Program-made: the position numbers and the translations under genes
Shown here: positions 1-8,543 of the stretch, piece by piece
Numbering within the stretch: position 1 is the stretch's first letter
How the letters are laid out: each line of letters begins with the position of its first letter
Notes under the pieces: model-generated
Database searches by the model: none
What the model was told of the DNA's origin: nothing
The model's input: the letters and a program-made list of their open reading frames with translations, nothing else
Assembly: GCA_937922805.1 (NCBI GenBank)
Contig: CALAJV010000005.1
Span: 567-64,566, forward strand
Direction: 5' to 3'
DNA: 64,000 nt
DNA from: an uncultured Acidimicrobiales bacterium
GTDB lineage: Bacteria > Actinomycetota > Acidimicrobiia > Acidimicrobiales > SZUA-35

Positions 1-857
1 AACAACCACAAAGAAGGGCGTTGAACGGCGAAGAAAAACAAAGGCAGCAGCGCGGCTGACTGCACGGTGTACATCACGGTTGTCTGAAAGAACGGATCCC
101 GCACAGCAATTGATCCAACGATTACCGCCAACGCTACGAGACTAACCCCGACAGCTATCGACGCTTTGGGTTTTGGCACCCGATCCATTGCCGGGTTGAG
201 ATACATGCCCATGGCGCAGCCGAACAAGATGGCATCGATTCTGGTATCGGTAGCTAAATACGTCCGATCCGAAACGGCGTCGAAGACCTGCACCAAAACA
301 ATTCGCCATGCCAGCACCAATCCGCAAACACCAATCACAACCGCCGATTGAGCTCGACGACTGAAACGGCGCATGAGAAACACTGCGCATACGGGGAAGA
401 TCAAATAGAAGTGTTCCTCAATCGCCAACGACCAGAACACTCCCGTACCGCCAGGAAGTTCAGGGGCGAACCTGGTGAGCTGAGCGTAGTTCGACAAATG
501 AAGGCCTTGCAGGGCAACGCCGGTAACGGTCGCCTGACCAGTTGACTCGTTCGTAGTCAACCCCAACACCGAGGCGATCGTGCCAAAGGCGAGAGCAACA
601 TACATCGGCGGAAAGATCCGCCACGCTCGACGCCAATAGAATTCTCGGTACGCCACGTTCCCGTTGGCTTCAAATTCCCGTCGCAACAACGTGGTTATCA
701 GGTAGCCGCTCAGGAAAAAGAACGCTGTGACTCCAAGGCCACCCGGCACTGACGACAACCCAGCGTGGGCTAGGTAAACAATCGCTATTGAGACAGCTCG
801 AATCCCATCCAGTGATGGGATATAGGTAGAAGTAGGTGCCGCTGCTTGATTGATCAA
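1..857 (-). CDS. Acyltransferase family 3 membrane protein (partial; 3' end runs off the left edge)
   Basis: My own minus-strand translation; it is absent from the ORF track because there is no stop in the window. A TTG at 857 directly follows an in-frame TAG. It reads MINQAAAPTSTYIPSLDGIRAVSIAIVYLAHAG...FFFLSGYLITTLL...WSLAIEEHFYLIFP and stays open to position 1. These are hallmark acyltransferase_3 motifs and resemble the paralog at 23668-24795. Confidence 0.7.
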   Translation of the reverse strand, partial: MINQAAAPTSTYIPSLDGIRAVSIAIVYLAHAGLSSVPGGLGVTAFFFLSGYLITTLLRREFEANGNVAYREFYWRRAWRIFPPMYVALAFGTIASVLGLTTNESTGQATVTGVALQGLHLSNYAQLTRFAPELPGGTGVFWSLAIEEHFYLIFPVCAVFLMRRFSRRAQSAVVIGVCGLVLAWRIVLVQVFDAVSDRTYLATDTRIDAILFGCAMGMYLNPAMDRVPKPKASIAVGVSLVALAVIVGSIAVRDPFFQTTVMYTVQSAALLPLFFFAVQRPSLWL

Positions 858-908
858 ACCACTCTATGACCAGAACGCGTCTTTGGCCGATCTTGCTATT
901 TCGCGCCC

Positions 909-2897
909 CTATTTGGGCGTGCAGTATGCGGCGTCTTCAGCTCGGTTGAAGTTGCGACCACTATTGGGACAAAGCTCTTTGAATATGGTGCCGGCCGCAA
1001 CCTTGTTTGGCCCGGTGTATTCCGGCCGCATTTTGAGCGCTGGCCCATCGTAGGGAGAAGGAGTGCTCGGGCCGCCGTCGGTCAAGTAACCAAACCCGCA
1101 ACCGCTGGGAGCGCTAGTTCGATAGTTGACGCAGTTCTTAATCCACATGTTGGCCACTTCTTTGTTCCAACCACCCCACCAGTCGCCGTGGGTAGTAGTG
1201 CCACCTGGCTTCTTGTTCGAGCCAAACGCGGTGGCGTCAACATCTGATGAAAGGAACCAGTTGCTGGTATTTTCGCCCGGCTCTACCACGTAGTTCACGA
1301 AGTATTCAAGGTTGGGGAATGTCTGGTTGTACTCGCCGCTGCAGTTGCTCCCGTACCACGGGCCACTTGGCGGCCGGAAATTCTTGTAGTTGCCCGCATC
1401 CTTCCCATTCCAGCATTGAGGGAACTTGACGTTCATTTCGAGAACGGTCCGGCGACCAGGAGCGGTAAATCTGGAGCCGTCGCAGTTCGGCATTGTGTGC
1501 GAACCGATCCCGGTGTTGGTGGAACGGTTGTCGGAGCAAACGAAGGTCATTTTGCCGGGCGCTCCTCCTTCCGACGCCGGTGCTGTATTCAAGTTTTTCT
1601 CTGCGATGATGGCGGCCCCATCGGGATAGACCTGAGAGTTGCCTCGGGCTAGACCTTCACCTTTGTAGTAGATGACTACCCGTTCCGGCACACGAACATT
1701 GCCGTTCCCATCGAACAACGCTGGCACCCAGTAGCCAGTCCGGTTTAGTTCCTGACCGTTGCAGGTACTCGAACCTGAGTTCAACAAGGAATCAAAGGTG
1801 GTGAACGCATTCACGTGGGTGTTGCCAAAATGCATGTGCAAGTGCGAAGCACCAGGCTGGTTCGGGAAGATCAGTGGATCGTCATAGCTGAAGTGAGAAA
1901 ACTCGCAACCGGCTCGGAACTGGCCGCCGTTCGCTACCGGATAGGCCCGTTCATCGTTGCCGGCTCGGGAAGCAACGTAGTCGCTCCGAGGCCCATAGTG
2001 GTCGGACAAATTGAGCTGAGCCGACGGGGTGGCAATGTGCGGGCTGTTGTCGTGGTTAGTGTTACGAGTCGACGACGCCAAGATCATCTTCAGATTCGAC
2101 GAACCGTTGCCTGGCGCCGCCGACGGCGGATTAGACGACTCGCCTGAGGGCCCAGTAGTAGAAGGTGTGGTTGTCGAAGAGTCGGGCATGTCAGAATCAG
2201 AGCCCGAACCATCCCCTCCCGCAGTTGTTTCGCTGGCCGGCGACGCTGAGATGGAATCGCCGCCGGTTATTACCGCATCATCGTTGGCGACCGCTGCCTC
2301 ATCAGAATCATCATCCCTCGGAACCAATGTGCCGTTCACGACAAGCGAATCACTCTCTAGTTCCTGATCGGTGTCAGTGGCAGTAACGCGATCGCCCAGA
2401 AGAGCGCTTTCGTCTTGGTCGCTGTTAGTGGTCGTTTCGTCCTCGACTGAGCCTGGCCCCATCAAAAGAGTGGAAGCCCAAATAACGCAACTAGCGACGA
2501 CAACTAGCCCCACCTTGTAGAGCCAGTTAGACGACGTCGACGCACTATCCGCTGATTCCTCTTCAACAAGAGGGGTGCCGAGTGTCATGAAACCGTCATA
2601 GTATCTGATTGGAGGACCAAGCGGAAGGCAGCCCGCCAAAAATCGACTCGATTCTTCGCCCGTAGAGGCGCTTAAACCGAAGGTTTTTAACCAGTTCGAG
2701 AACCGCAACGGCCGGCCCGCTCCATGGTTAGTCGAACAGTTTTGGGTGTCTCGATGCGGAGCCCGATCAACACATCGTCGATCGTCCAGAGCGGGCAGCG
2801 TGTTCGCCCATTCCCTGACACGCACCGAAGGGTCAGCCAGATCCTTCAGTCGGCCCCGTTTCCCTGGCAAACCGGCAGCTGATTGGCCCGTGGGCAA
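909..2897 (-). CDS. Membrane-anchored DUF1996 domain protein with acidic/Ser-Thr linker
   Basis: The C-terminal half carries a DUF1996-type signature (RAGCEFSHFSYDDPLIFPNQPGASHLHMHFGN). A hydrophobic anchor (WLYKVGLVVVASCVIWASTLLM) and a D/E/S/T-rich linker precede it. ATG at 2588 (MTLGTPL..., about 20 aa before the anchor) is a plausible alternative start. Confidence 0.6.
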   Translation of the reverse strand: MPTGQSAAGLPGKRGRLKDLADPSVRVREWANTLPALDDRRCVDRAPHRDTQNCSTNHGAGRPLRFSNWLKTFGLSASTGEESSRFLAGCLPLGPPIRYYDGFMTLGTPLVEEESADSASTSSNWLYKVGLVVVASCVIWASTLLMGPGSVEDETTTNSDQDESALLGDRVTATDTDQELESDSLVVNGTLVPRDDDSDEAAVANDDAVITGGDSISASPASETTAGGDGSGSDSDMPDSSTTTPSTTGPSGESSNPPSAAPGNGSSNLKMILASSTRNTNHDNSPHIATPSAQLNLSDHYGPRSDYVASRAGNDERAYPVANGGQFRAGCEFSHFSYDDPLIFPNQPGASHLHMHFGNTHVNAFTTFDSLLNSGSSTCNGQELNRTGYWVPALFDGNGNVRVPERVVIYYKGEGLARGNSQVYPDGAAIIAEKNLNTAPASEGGAPGKMTFVCSDNRSTNTGIGSHTMPNCDGSRFTAPGRRTVLEMNVKFPQCWNGKDAGNYKNFRPPSGPWYGSNCSGEYNQTFPNLEYFVNYVVEPGENTSNWFLSSDVDATAFGSNKKPGGTTTHGDWWGGWNKEVANMWIKNCVNYRTSAPSGCGFGYLTDGGPSTPSPYDGPALKMRPEYTGPNKVAAGTIFKELCPNSGRNFNRAEDAAYCTPK

Positions 2898-2955
2898 GTC
2901 TACCCATAAACCATTTCTAGGTTTTTCCCGATGTTATTTATGAGCTACTAGCCAG

Positions 2956-3077
2956 CTCAAAAAACAAAAAATACATCCAACTCCCCCACACACATACATA
3001 ACACATACACATAGCTACACCTACATAGTCACACACATAACCACATAAAACCCCTAACACTCCACATAACCAACACA
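2956..3077. repeat. G-depleted CA-rich low-complexity tract (imperfect CA/CATA microsatellite-like)
   Basis: This 122-nt stretch has only two G residues (3014, 3028). It is dominated by acacat/cataac/ccacata units and C-runs (ctccccc, acccct). Confidence 0.9.
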
Positions 3078-3078
3078 G

Positions 3079-3121
3079 GTCAGAGGCGTCGATTCACCCC
3101 GGCGCCTCTGACTTTCTTTTT
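3079..3121 (+). terminator. Intrinsic terminator-like hairpin with T-tract on the plus strand
   Basis: A perfect 10-bp stem (gtcagaggcg 3079-3088 with cgcctctgac 3103-3112) has a 14-nt loop and is followed by tttcttttt (3113-3121). The orientation is plus, although both flanking genes are on the minus strand. Confidence 0.65.
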
Positions 3122-3146
3122 GTCGACATCTCAAGTTCGGCGAACG

Positions 3147-4313
3147 CTACTGATAAGACAGTTCGGTCAGTAACGCTCGTTGGCTAGCGGTCGGGCGTCC
3201 CGCTAACTGGCTTCGGAAAATCCCGCTCGATACTTGCCAATCAGCAAAGCTCTCGGCAAAATCTCCGGCCCCGGTTGCCGAGTCGGTTGCGCCAGAACGA
3301 GTAGGCCACCAATCTGACCCTTCGATTCCTCTAGCCTTCTGCCACCGTCGCCTGTCGTTTCCACTGTTTAGCGACACGTCAACGGCGTGGCCGATCTCAT
3401 GAGCAACCACATGGGCCAAGTGCGTATCCGACTGCGACGATCGCACATAGATCACGATTTTCTGTTGGCCTACAAACGTTAGGCCGTAGTAGCCAGCCTT
3501 GCCTGGAACGAAATCGATCGTCCACTCTGGAAGTTGTTGCTTCCACGGGTAGGCGATCCGGTCAAGAACTGCTTGCCCCCGTCGGTCTTCGTTGCTGAAC
3601 CGACGTAAGCCGGAAGGAGTTTCCCGGTCGGATGTTTTCTGAACAAACTCGCCCGACTCACTGAACCCGAGCATGAGTTCACCTCTGCTCAAACCCTTAC
3701 CGAGCATTCCAGTCCAGTATTGCTTTCCAGCCAGATCTGGCGATCGCTCCAACACGTTGCGGTAAACGAGATCAACAAATTGCTCGTTGCTCAGATGACC
3801 GTATCGCTGCTGAAATTCTTGGCTCGAAGCGAAAGCGCTGCTTATAGCGTGAGCCGAAACCCCCTCCCACATCCTTCCCCGCCAGTAGTCGAGCCCGCTC
3901 ACATCTGGATCTCGACCAAAGTAGGCAACGTATAGACGAACTAGGGTGCGGTCACGCTGGGCGGTGAACGCAAGCTCTTCACCTAGCGGAAGGGCATCGC
4001 TTGATGGGTCATCTCCGTGGACGTGCGCACCGTGATCGTGAGTGTCGATCTGCTCGTAGTGTGCCGTAGCGCCTTGGGCTTGGGTCGGCGTCTCAGTTCG
4101 GTCTGAGTCCGACGGGCTTGCGACCAGACCGACCCCAACGAGCAGTAAGGTCGCGACGATCGTGGCCGCTGCCACCTTCCAATTTCGAAAGCTCACCCGT
4201 GTGGTAGCCAACGCCAAAACCGCCTCGCCATAACGATCGTTTACCGACCGGAAATCCGTCTTCCCAAACCCGAAGATACGAAGGTAAGCAATCGAGCTTG
4301 AGAGCAAATTCAC
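3147..4313 (-). CDS. Membrane-anchored protein with two DUF4214 repeats and a C-terminal HEXXH zinc-metalloprotease-like motif
   Basis: DUF4214-type segments are present (LVRLYVAYFGRDPDVSGLDYW... and FVDLVYRNVLERSPDLAGKQYWTGML...GFSESGEF). There is an HEXXH motif (VVAHEIGHAVD) and one TM helix (AAATIVATLLLVGVGLVA). Confidence 0.6.
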   Translation of the reverse strand: MNLLSSSIAYLRIFGFGKTDFRSVNDRYGEAVLALATTRVSFRNWKVAAATIVATLLLVGVGLVASPSDSDRTETPTQAQGATAHYEQIDTHDHGAHVHGDDPSSDALPLGEELAFTAQRDRTLVRLYVAYFGRDPDVSGLDYWRGRMWEGVSAHAISSAFASSQEFQQRYGHLSNEQFVDLVYRNVLERSPDLAGKQYWTGMLGKGLSRGELMLGFSESGEFVQKTSDRETPSGLRRFSNEDRRGQAVLDRIAYPWKQQLPEWTIDFVPGKAGYYGLTFVGQQKIVIYVRSSQSDTHLAHVVAHEIGHAVDVSLNSGNDRRRWQKARGIEGSDWWPTRSGATDSATGAGDFAESFADWQVSSGIFRSQLAGRPTASQRALLTELSYQ

Positions 4314-4409
4314 CCGAACCCAAACGGCTCCCTATGGCGCTCAAGGCCCTCCGACCTAGAGTCGTGGGCCGCGCAGTCCGAAAAAGACTAGAGATACGCC
4401 CAGCCCAGA

Positions 4410-4468
4410 CCAGAAAAAGCGAAACGCTCGGCTACTGAATCGAACCTTCGAGACAATAGCCGAGCGTT
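4410..4468 (-). terminator. Intrinsic terminator downstream of the 4522-6426 lipoprotein gene
   Basis: A perfect 12-bp stem (aacgctcggcta 4423-4434 with tagccgagcgtt 4457-4468) is followed on the minus strand by TCGCTTTTTCTGG. Confidence 0.6.
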
Positions 4469-4521
4469 GCTTAGTTTTGCTTCGGGCTAATCAGCCCTCA
4501 CGGTGCTTTACCGACTGCGCC

Positions 4522-6426
4522 TTATTCGGCGAAGCGTCGTGCCGCTCCGAGTTCGAGCCGAGTGCCGGTGCTGGCGTCCCAAATCCAAAGGTCGGCGTTT
4601 ACAAAGTCGGGGTTAATCAGCTTGGTGTTCGCTCCCGCTTCAAACGTTTCACCGTCGCCCAAAATGAATTTGCTGGCACCGAACGAAGATTCAACTTCGC
4701 TGACCATGCTTTCTGGCTCTCGGTCCGGGTAGAGATATTCGACGTTGTAGAACACGGCTGAGCTTCCGAACCCGAAGGTGCTGATCCCAGCACTGTATAG
4801 CTCACCGCCTTCGGGAAACGGATCGTCGCCGAACCAAGAAGCCCATCGTTCAAGGCCACTATCGGCAACCGGCACAATCTCGGCGTACGACAAGTTGACC
4901 TTGGTCCGAGCGTCGTCAACATCGTCGGTAATGGTGAGATCAGCGTTGATCTGTTTGCCCTCTTGCTCCGGCACATCGTAGGTAACTCTTCGAACAGTAC
5001 TCAAGCCATCATCAGTTTTTTCGGTCTTGTTGCTGTCTTCGGTCCAGCCAAGGCTGGCCAGCTGGGCATCGTAGAACGCGTTCACATCGTCGTACTCACC
5101 GTCGATGAACATCTCGACTTCAGAACTCATGGCCCGGAAATCTTCGCTATTGCCACTGAACGAAATCACGTTGTTCACGCCAGACCGGAGGTCGACAATA
5201 TCGGCACCATTAGGGGTTGGAATATCTGGGAAGGCTCCGATGCGCTGCATCTGGGCTGACACGTCAGCAGTCGGCCCGTAAATGTCGCTGACAATAGCTT
5301 GAATCTCATCAGCGGTAGCGCCAGATTCTGGCAGCGGATCTTCCGACTTTTCTTCGCCAACAACTTTCACTCCGTCAAACGGGGGCGTGATTACAAGAAC
5401 TCTGGCACGAACACTCTGAGACTTACCAGCAGCAACGTAGAAATTCTCGTAGCCGTCCCGCTCGACTTTGACACCAGAGGTTGACGCCTCAACGTCGACA
5501 CCTAAGTCGGCCGCTTTGTCGACCAGCTCTTGGACCAACTCTTCGTCATCTTCCGTTGGGAGCCCCTCGGCAATGTAGGTTGAACCCAGGTCGACTTTGG
5601 TCCGACCAGGTCCCCACGTACTACCGACCTGGATGAAGTTTGGTTCGGCACTGTCGTGGAGTGGCACATCGCCATGCCAACCATTGAAACGATTGGCAAT
5701 AGAACCGTCGGGGTCTGGGAACTCGCTGGCTGAGTAACGAAGCCGTAGCCGGATCGCTTCCAGTTCAGCGTCGCTAATAACAGCGACCGTCATGGATTCA
5801 TAGCCCAGGCTCTTATCCCGAGTAAACGATAAGAATGTTCCCGGCTGTCCGGTCGGAGGGTCTGATTTTTCTTCGGTGCTATCTAGAACCCAACCGAGTG
5901 GGGCGAACGCCGCTTCAAACTCTTCGACCACATCAGGCCGCTCCCCATCAACCTTCACCGTCACTTCTGTGGTTACCCGGCTTAGGCCTGGCCCACTACT
6001 GCTACTGAAGCTGCTGTTGGCCGAAACTTCCATCACGTGGGCCCCTGCCTGGGTTGGGACCTGAGGGAACGGGTAGAGCTGGCTAGCGACACTAGTGACG
6101 TCGTCGGTCGGGCCGTGCAAGCTATCAACAAGAGCGACTATCTCACTGCCGGAATCGTCTGCCGGAATCGTGGCCAGGTTTTCCGCGGTTACGTCAGCAT
6201 CACCCGAGCCGCTCGCCGGTGCATCGTCGTCAGAATCTTCGTCGCCTTCCGCGGTATCGCCATCAGCGTCATCGGAATCATCAGGCAATGGGTTCTCTAC
6301 CGGGTCCTGGGTGTCCGAACTATCCGATGGGGCGCTTCCCAGCTGGGAAGTCCCCGACCCGCAGGCGCTGGCTATCATCATGGCCGCAAACAACGCGGCC
6401 AGCGTGCTCATAGTCTTGTTTTTCAT
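4522..6426 (-). CDS. Acidic lipoprotein with an internally duplicated domain (function unknown)
   Basis: ATG at 6426 is preceded by GAGGAG about 7 nt upstream. The lipobox signal reads MKNKTMSTLAALFAAMMIASAC-GSG. The two halves align by eye (IVALVDSLHGPTDDVTSVASQLYPFPQVPT vs IQAIVSDIYGPTADVSAQMQRIGAFPDIPT). The ORF track extends 11 codons further, to 6459. Confidence 0.7.
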   Translation of the reverse strand: MKNKTMSTLAALFAAMMIASACGSGTSQLGSAPSDSSDTQDPVENPLPDDSDDADGDTAEGDEDSDDDAPASGSGDADVTAENLATIPADDSGSEIVALVDSLHGPTDDVTSVASQLYPFPQVPTQAGAHVMEVSANSSFSSSSGPGLSRVTTEVTVKVDGERPDVVEEFEAAFAPLGWVLDSTEEKSDPPTGQPGTFLSFTRDKSLGYESMTVAVISDAELEAIRLRLRYSASEFPDPDGSIANRFNGWHGDVPLHDSAEPNFIQVGSTWGPGRTKVDLGSTYIAEGLPTEDDEELVQELVDKAADLGVDVEASTSGVKVERDGYENFYVAAGKSQSVRARVLVITPPFDGVKVVGEEKSEDPLPESGATADEIQAIVSDIYGPTADVSAQMQRIGAFPDIPTPNGADIVDLRSGVNNVISFSGNSEDFRAMSSEVEMFIDGEYDDVNAFYDAQLASLGWTEDSNKTEKTDDGLSTVRRVTYDVPEQEGKQINADLTITDDVDDARTKVNLSYAEIVPVADSGLERWASWFGDDPFPEGGELYSAGISTFGFGSSAVFYNVEYLYPDREPESMVSEVESSFGASKFILGDGETFEAGANTKLINPDFVNADLWIWDASTGTRLELGAARRFAE

Positions 6427-6716
6427 TGTCCCGCTCCTCAGCTTTTTACAACGAAGCAAACGTAAGGCGTAAGGCCTTGATCGTTATTAGCTTCGCCTTC
6501 CAACGGTATAGGCAGCCAGCATCTTGCGCTTGTCAACCCCGAGGATTAACGGTTGCTTGACTCGTAGTTTTGATCTGTCTGTAACGCTAAGACGGAACGA
6601 ATCGAAGATCGGTTCAGAGATTTCCGAAAAATCGTCAACAAAGCGGACGGCGAGCACTTCGAACCAAAGATTTTGGACCACAAGAAGGCGAAAGAACGGG
6701 TCTACCTTCCTGTGAG

Positions 6717-7352
6717 TTAGTCCGGTTTCTCCGATTCGAGCGATTGCTCATAGTCGGCTTCAAGAAACTGCCTCATTTCAGCCGGATCAGTATCGCTGCC
6801 TGCGGTGTCGTTGAAGACCTTAGGGCCAACAGTGTCGTCGACCGCAGTCCACTCATTTGGCTGCCACACTGCGCCCCGCCGAAATGCTTTGGCGCAGTGG
6901 AGGAAGGCCGCCTCAACTTCTATGACCACCGCTACTTTCGGTCGGCGAAGCTCGTTATCCCAAAGAGCGAGAAAGTCGGGATCGGTCGTGATTCTGGCTG
7001 CTCCGTCGATCCGCAACGTTTCGTCCGACCCTGGGATCATCACTAGCAAGCCCGCTTGGGGGTTTGCAACAATGTTTGTTAAAGAATCAATCAGGTTATT
7101 ACCTGAAAGGTCGGGGAAGGCAACCTTGGTCCCCCCGTCGAGAACCTTCAGTTGACCGGCCGGGCCGCCTCGGGGCGAAACATCGCACGTTCCATCGGGG
7201 CCAGCGGTCGACAAACAGAAGAACCTCGATGCGGCAACGAATTCAGCTGCGGCTCCGACGATCGTTTTCCCTTTTTTGTTCGCCACCCGCTCCGAAGGTT
7301 CCCGGTAAAGGGCCCGAAGTTGATCCATTGACCTCACATCGTGGTCGGCCAT
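6717..7352 (-). CDS. Pyridoxamine 5'-phosphate oxidase (PPOX)-family FMN-binding protein
   Basis: This 211-aa ORF contains ...FFCLSTAGPDGTCDVSPRGGPAGQLKVLDGGTKVAFPDLSGNNLIDSLTNIVANPQAGLLVMIPGSDETLRIDGAARI..., typical of the MSMEG_1061-like PPOX class. Confidence 0.7.
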   Translation of the reverse strand: MADHDVRSMDQLRALYREPSERVANKKGKTIVGAAAEFVAASRFFCLSTAGPDGTCDVSPRGGPAGQLKVLDGGTKVAFPDLSGNNLIDSLTNIVANPQAGLLVMIPGSDETLRIDGAARITTDPDFLALWDNELRRPKVAVVIEVEAAFLHCAKAFRRGAVWQPNEWTAVDDTVGPKVFNDTAGSDTDPAEMRQFLEADYEQSLESEKPD

Positions 7353-7353
7353 A

Positions 7354-7962
7354 TTAGCTAGCTGGAACTACGGCAGACCAGAAAGGGTCGCCGTCTTCAC
7401 ACGGAGTGAGCCGGTCAATAACAAGCGGAGCTCCAGTTGTGCCGTCGAAGGCAATGTCGAAAAACAGTCCTTCGCAGGCTCCCTCGGCATCACCGATGTC
7501 GGACGGGTTGGCCTCGGCGGCCGATATTGCCCTGTCGGCTCGAACAAACATGTCGTCAACGGTTGGATCTAAACCAAACTGGCTGGCGTTGCTGACCTCG
7601 CCGGAATTTGTCGCTTGACCTGCCCGCACCTCCACGTTGACCGTGGTTTCGGAGTTCTCATGCACCAAGGTGTAGTCCGATATTGCCGCTTGAGCCCAGA
7701 GATCTTTGGCTGCGGTTAAGGCCGCTCGCGCTTTTGGAACATCGAGTTCGGAAACTCGAACCGAGACCGGTTCGGTGACGGAAACCTCTGGCTCTGTTGT
7801 GGTTGATTCAGCCGCAGTGGTCTGGGTAGTGTCGCCGGTCAACGTTGGGGCGCCGGTTGTGACCGAACTGGTTGCGCTCGACTGGCCACAAGCGGCAAGT
7901 CCTAGGACGAGCACCAACGGTAGGACAGCCGCCCAATTGAATTTCTTAATCTGCACTGTCAT
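7354..7962 (-). CDS. Lipoprotein, function unknown
   Basis: The lipobox signal is MTVQIKKFNWAAVLPLVLVLGLAAC-GQ, followed by a Thr/Ser-rich linker. The alternative ATG at 7995 (ORF track) would overlap the upstream gene by 50 nt. Confidence 0.6.
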   Translation of the reverse strand: MTVQIKKFNWAAVLPLVLVLGLAACGQSSATSSVTTGAPTLTGDTTQTTAAESTTTEPEVSVTEPVSVRVSELDVPKARAALTAAKDLWAQAAISDYTLVHENSETTVNVEVRAGQATNSGEVSNASQFGLDPTVDDMFVRADRAISAAEANPSDIGDAEGACEGLFFDIAFDGTTGAPLVIDRLTPCEDGDPFWSAVVPAS

Positions 7963-8509
7963 CAATCCATGCTTCCGGGGTGACCCCAAGTCCATCAGCG
8001 ATGCGGTTTACATATGCGTAGTACGAAACAACTTCAACAATATCGAGGATATCTCGATCATCGAATCCAACGGCTCGCAGGCCATCAACGTCTGATTTCG
8101 TCATATCTCCAGGGTTTTTCGTCAACTTGACGGCGTAAGCAAGCATGGCGAGCCGAGCCGGAGAAAGCCCGGCGTTCTGCCAGTCGGCTTCGATTCCCGC
8201 TAGCAGTTCATCATCTTTCAAAAGCCGACGCAGGCCGCGCCGATGGTGAACAATTCAATAGTGGCAGCGGTTCTCAAGCGAAACCACCAAAGCCAGCAGC
8301 TCTCGCTCGACTTTTCTCAGGGTGGCGGTACCAGCCATCGCCGAGGTATAGAGAGCGTTGTGAGCTGCCAACCCGACCGGGTTCAGCGAATGTATCGCCA
8401 TAATCTGATCTACTCGCCCGTAGGTCTTGTCGACAACGTCATCGTAGATTTTGGCTAGTCCATCGTGCTCAGACCATTGGTCATCAGGAACTGTTTCAAT
8501 CCATGCCAC
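7946..8509 (-). CDS. AhpD-like / carboxymuconolactone decarboxylase-family peroxidase-related protein with an in-frame TGA (8255-8257); selenoprotein candidate or pseudogene
   Basis: ORFs 8255-8509 and 7946-8221 are in the same frame and are separated only by one TGA. The read-through sequence is ...LALVVSLENRCHY-[TGA]-IVHHRRGLRRLLKDDELL.... This puts the TGA at the second Cys of the family's C-x-Y-C-x-x-H-H redox motif. Confidence 0.7.
8226..8242 (-). promoter_or_regulatory. Candidate bacterial SECIS-like hairpin 3' of the in-frame UGA
   Basis: On the mRNA this reads CGGCGC-GGCCU-GCGUCG, a 6-bp stem with one G-U pair and a 5-nt apical loop starting GG. The stem begins 12 nt after the UGA and the loop 18 nt after it. 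An alternative 8-bp long-range pairing (GUCGGCUU with AAGCCGAC) also exists. Confidence 0.35.
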
Positions 8510-8543
8510 CTAGATACGGTAGCGGCTAGATCTTTCTCATGAA

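Noticed and set aside
1815-2386. Plus-strand ORFs of 110-112 aa inside the DUF1996 gene region.
   Set aside because: They are antisense to the acidic/Ser-rich linker of a well-supported minus-strand gene. Their translations are low-complexity.
8255-8257. The in-frame TGA considered as evidence of an alternative genetic code (TGA = Trp or Gly).
   Set aside because: TGA clearly terminates other ORFs here, such as the CoA-binding protein at 20793-20795, and no other gene needs TGA read-through.
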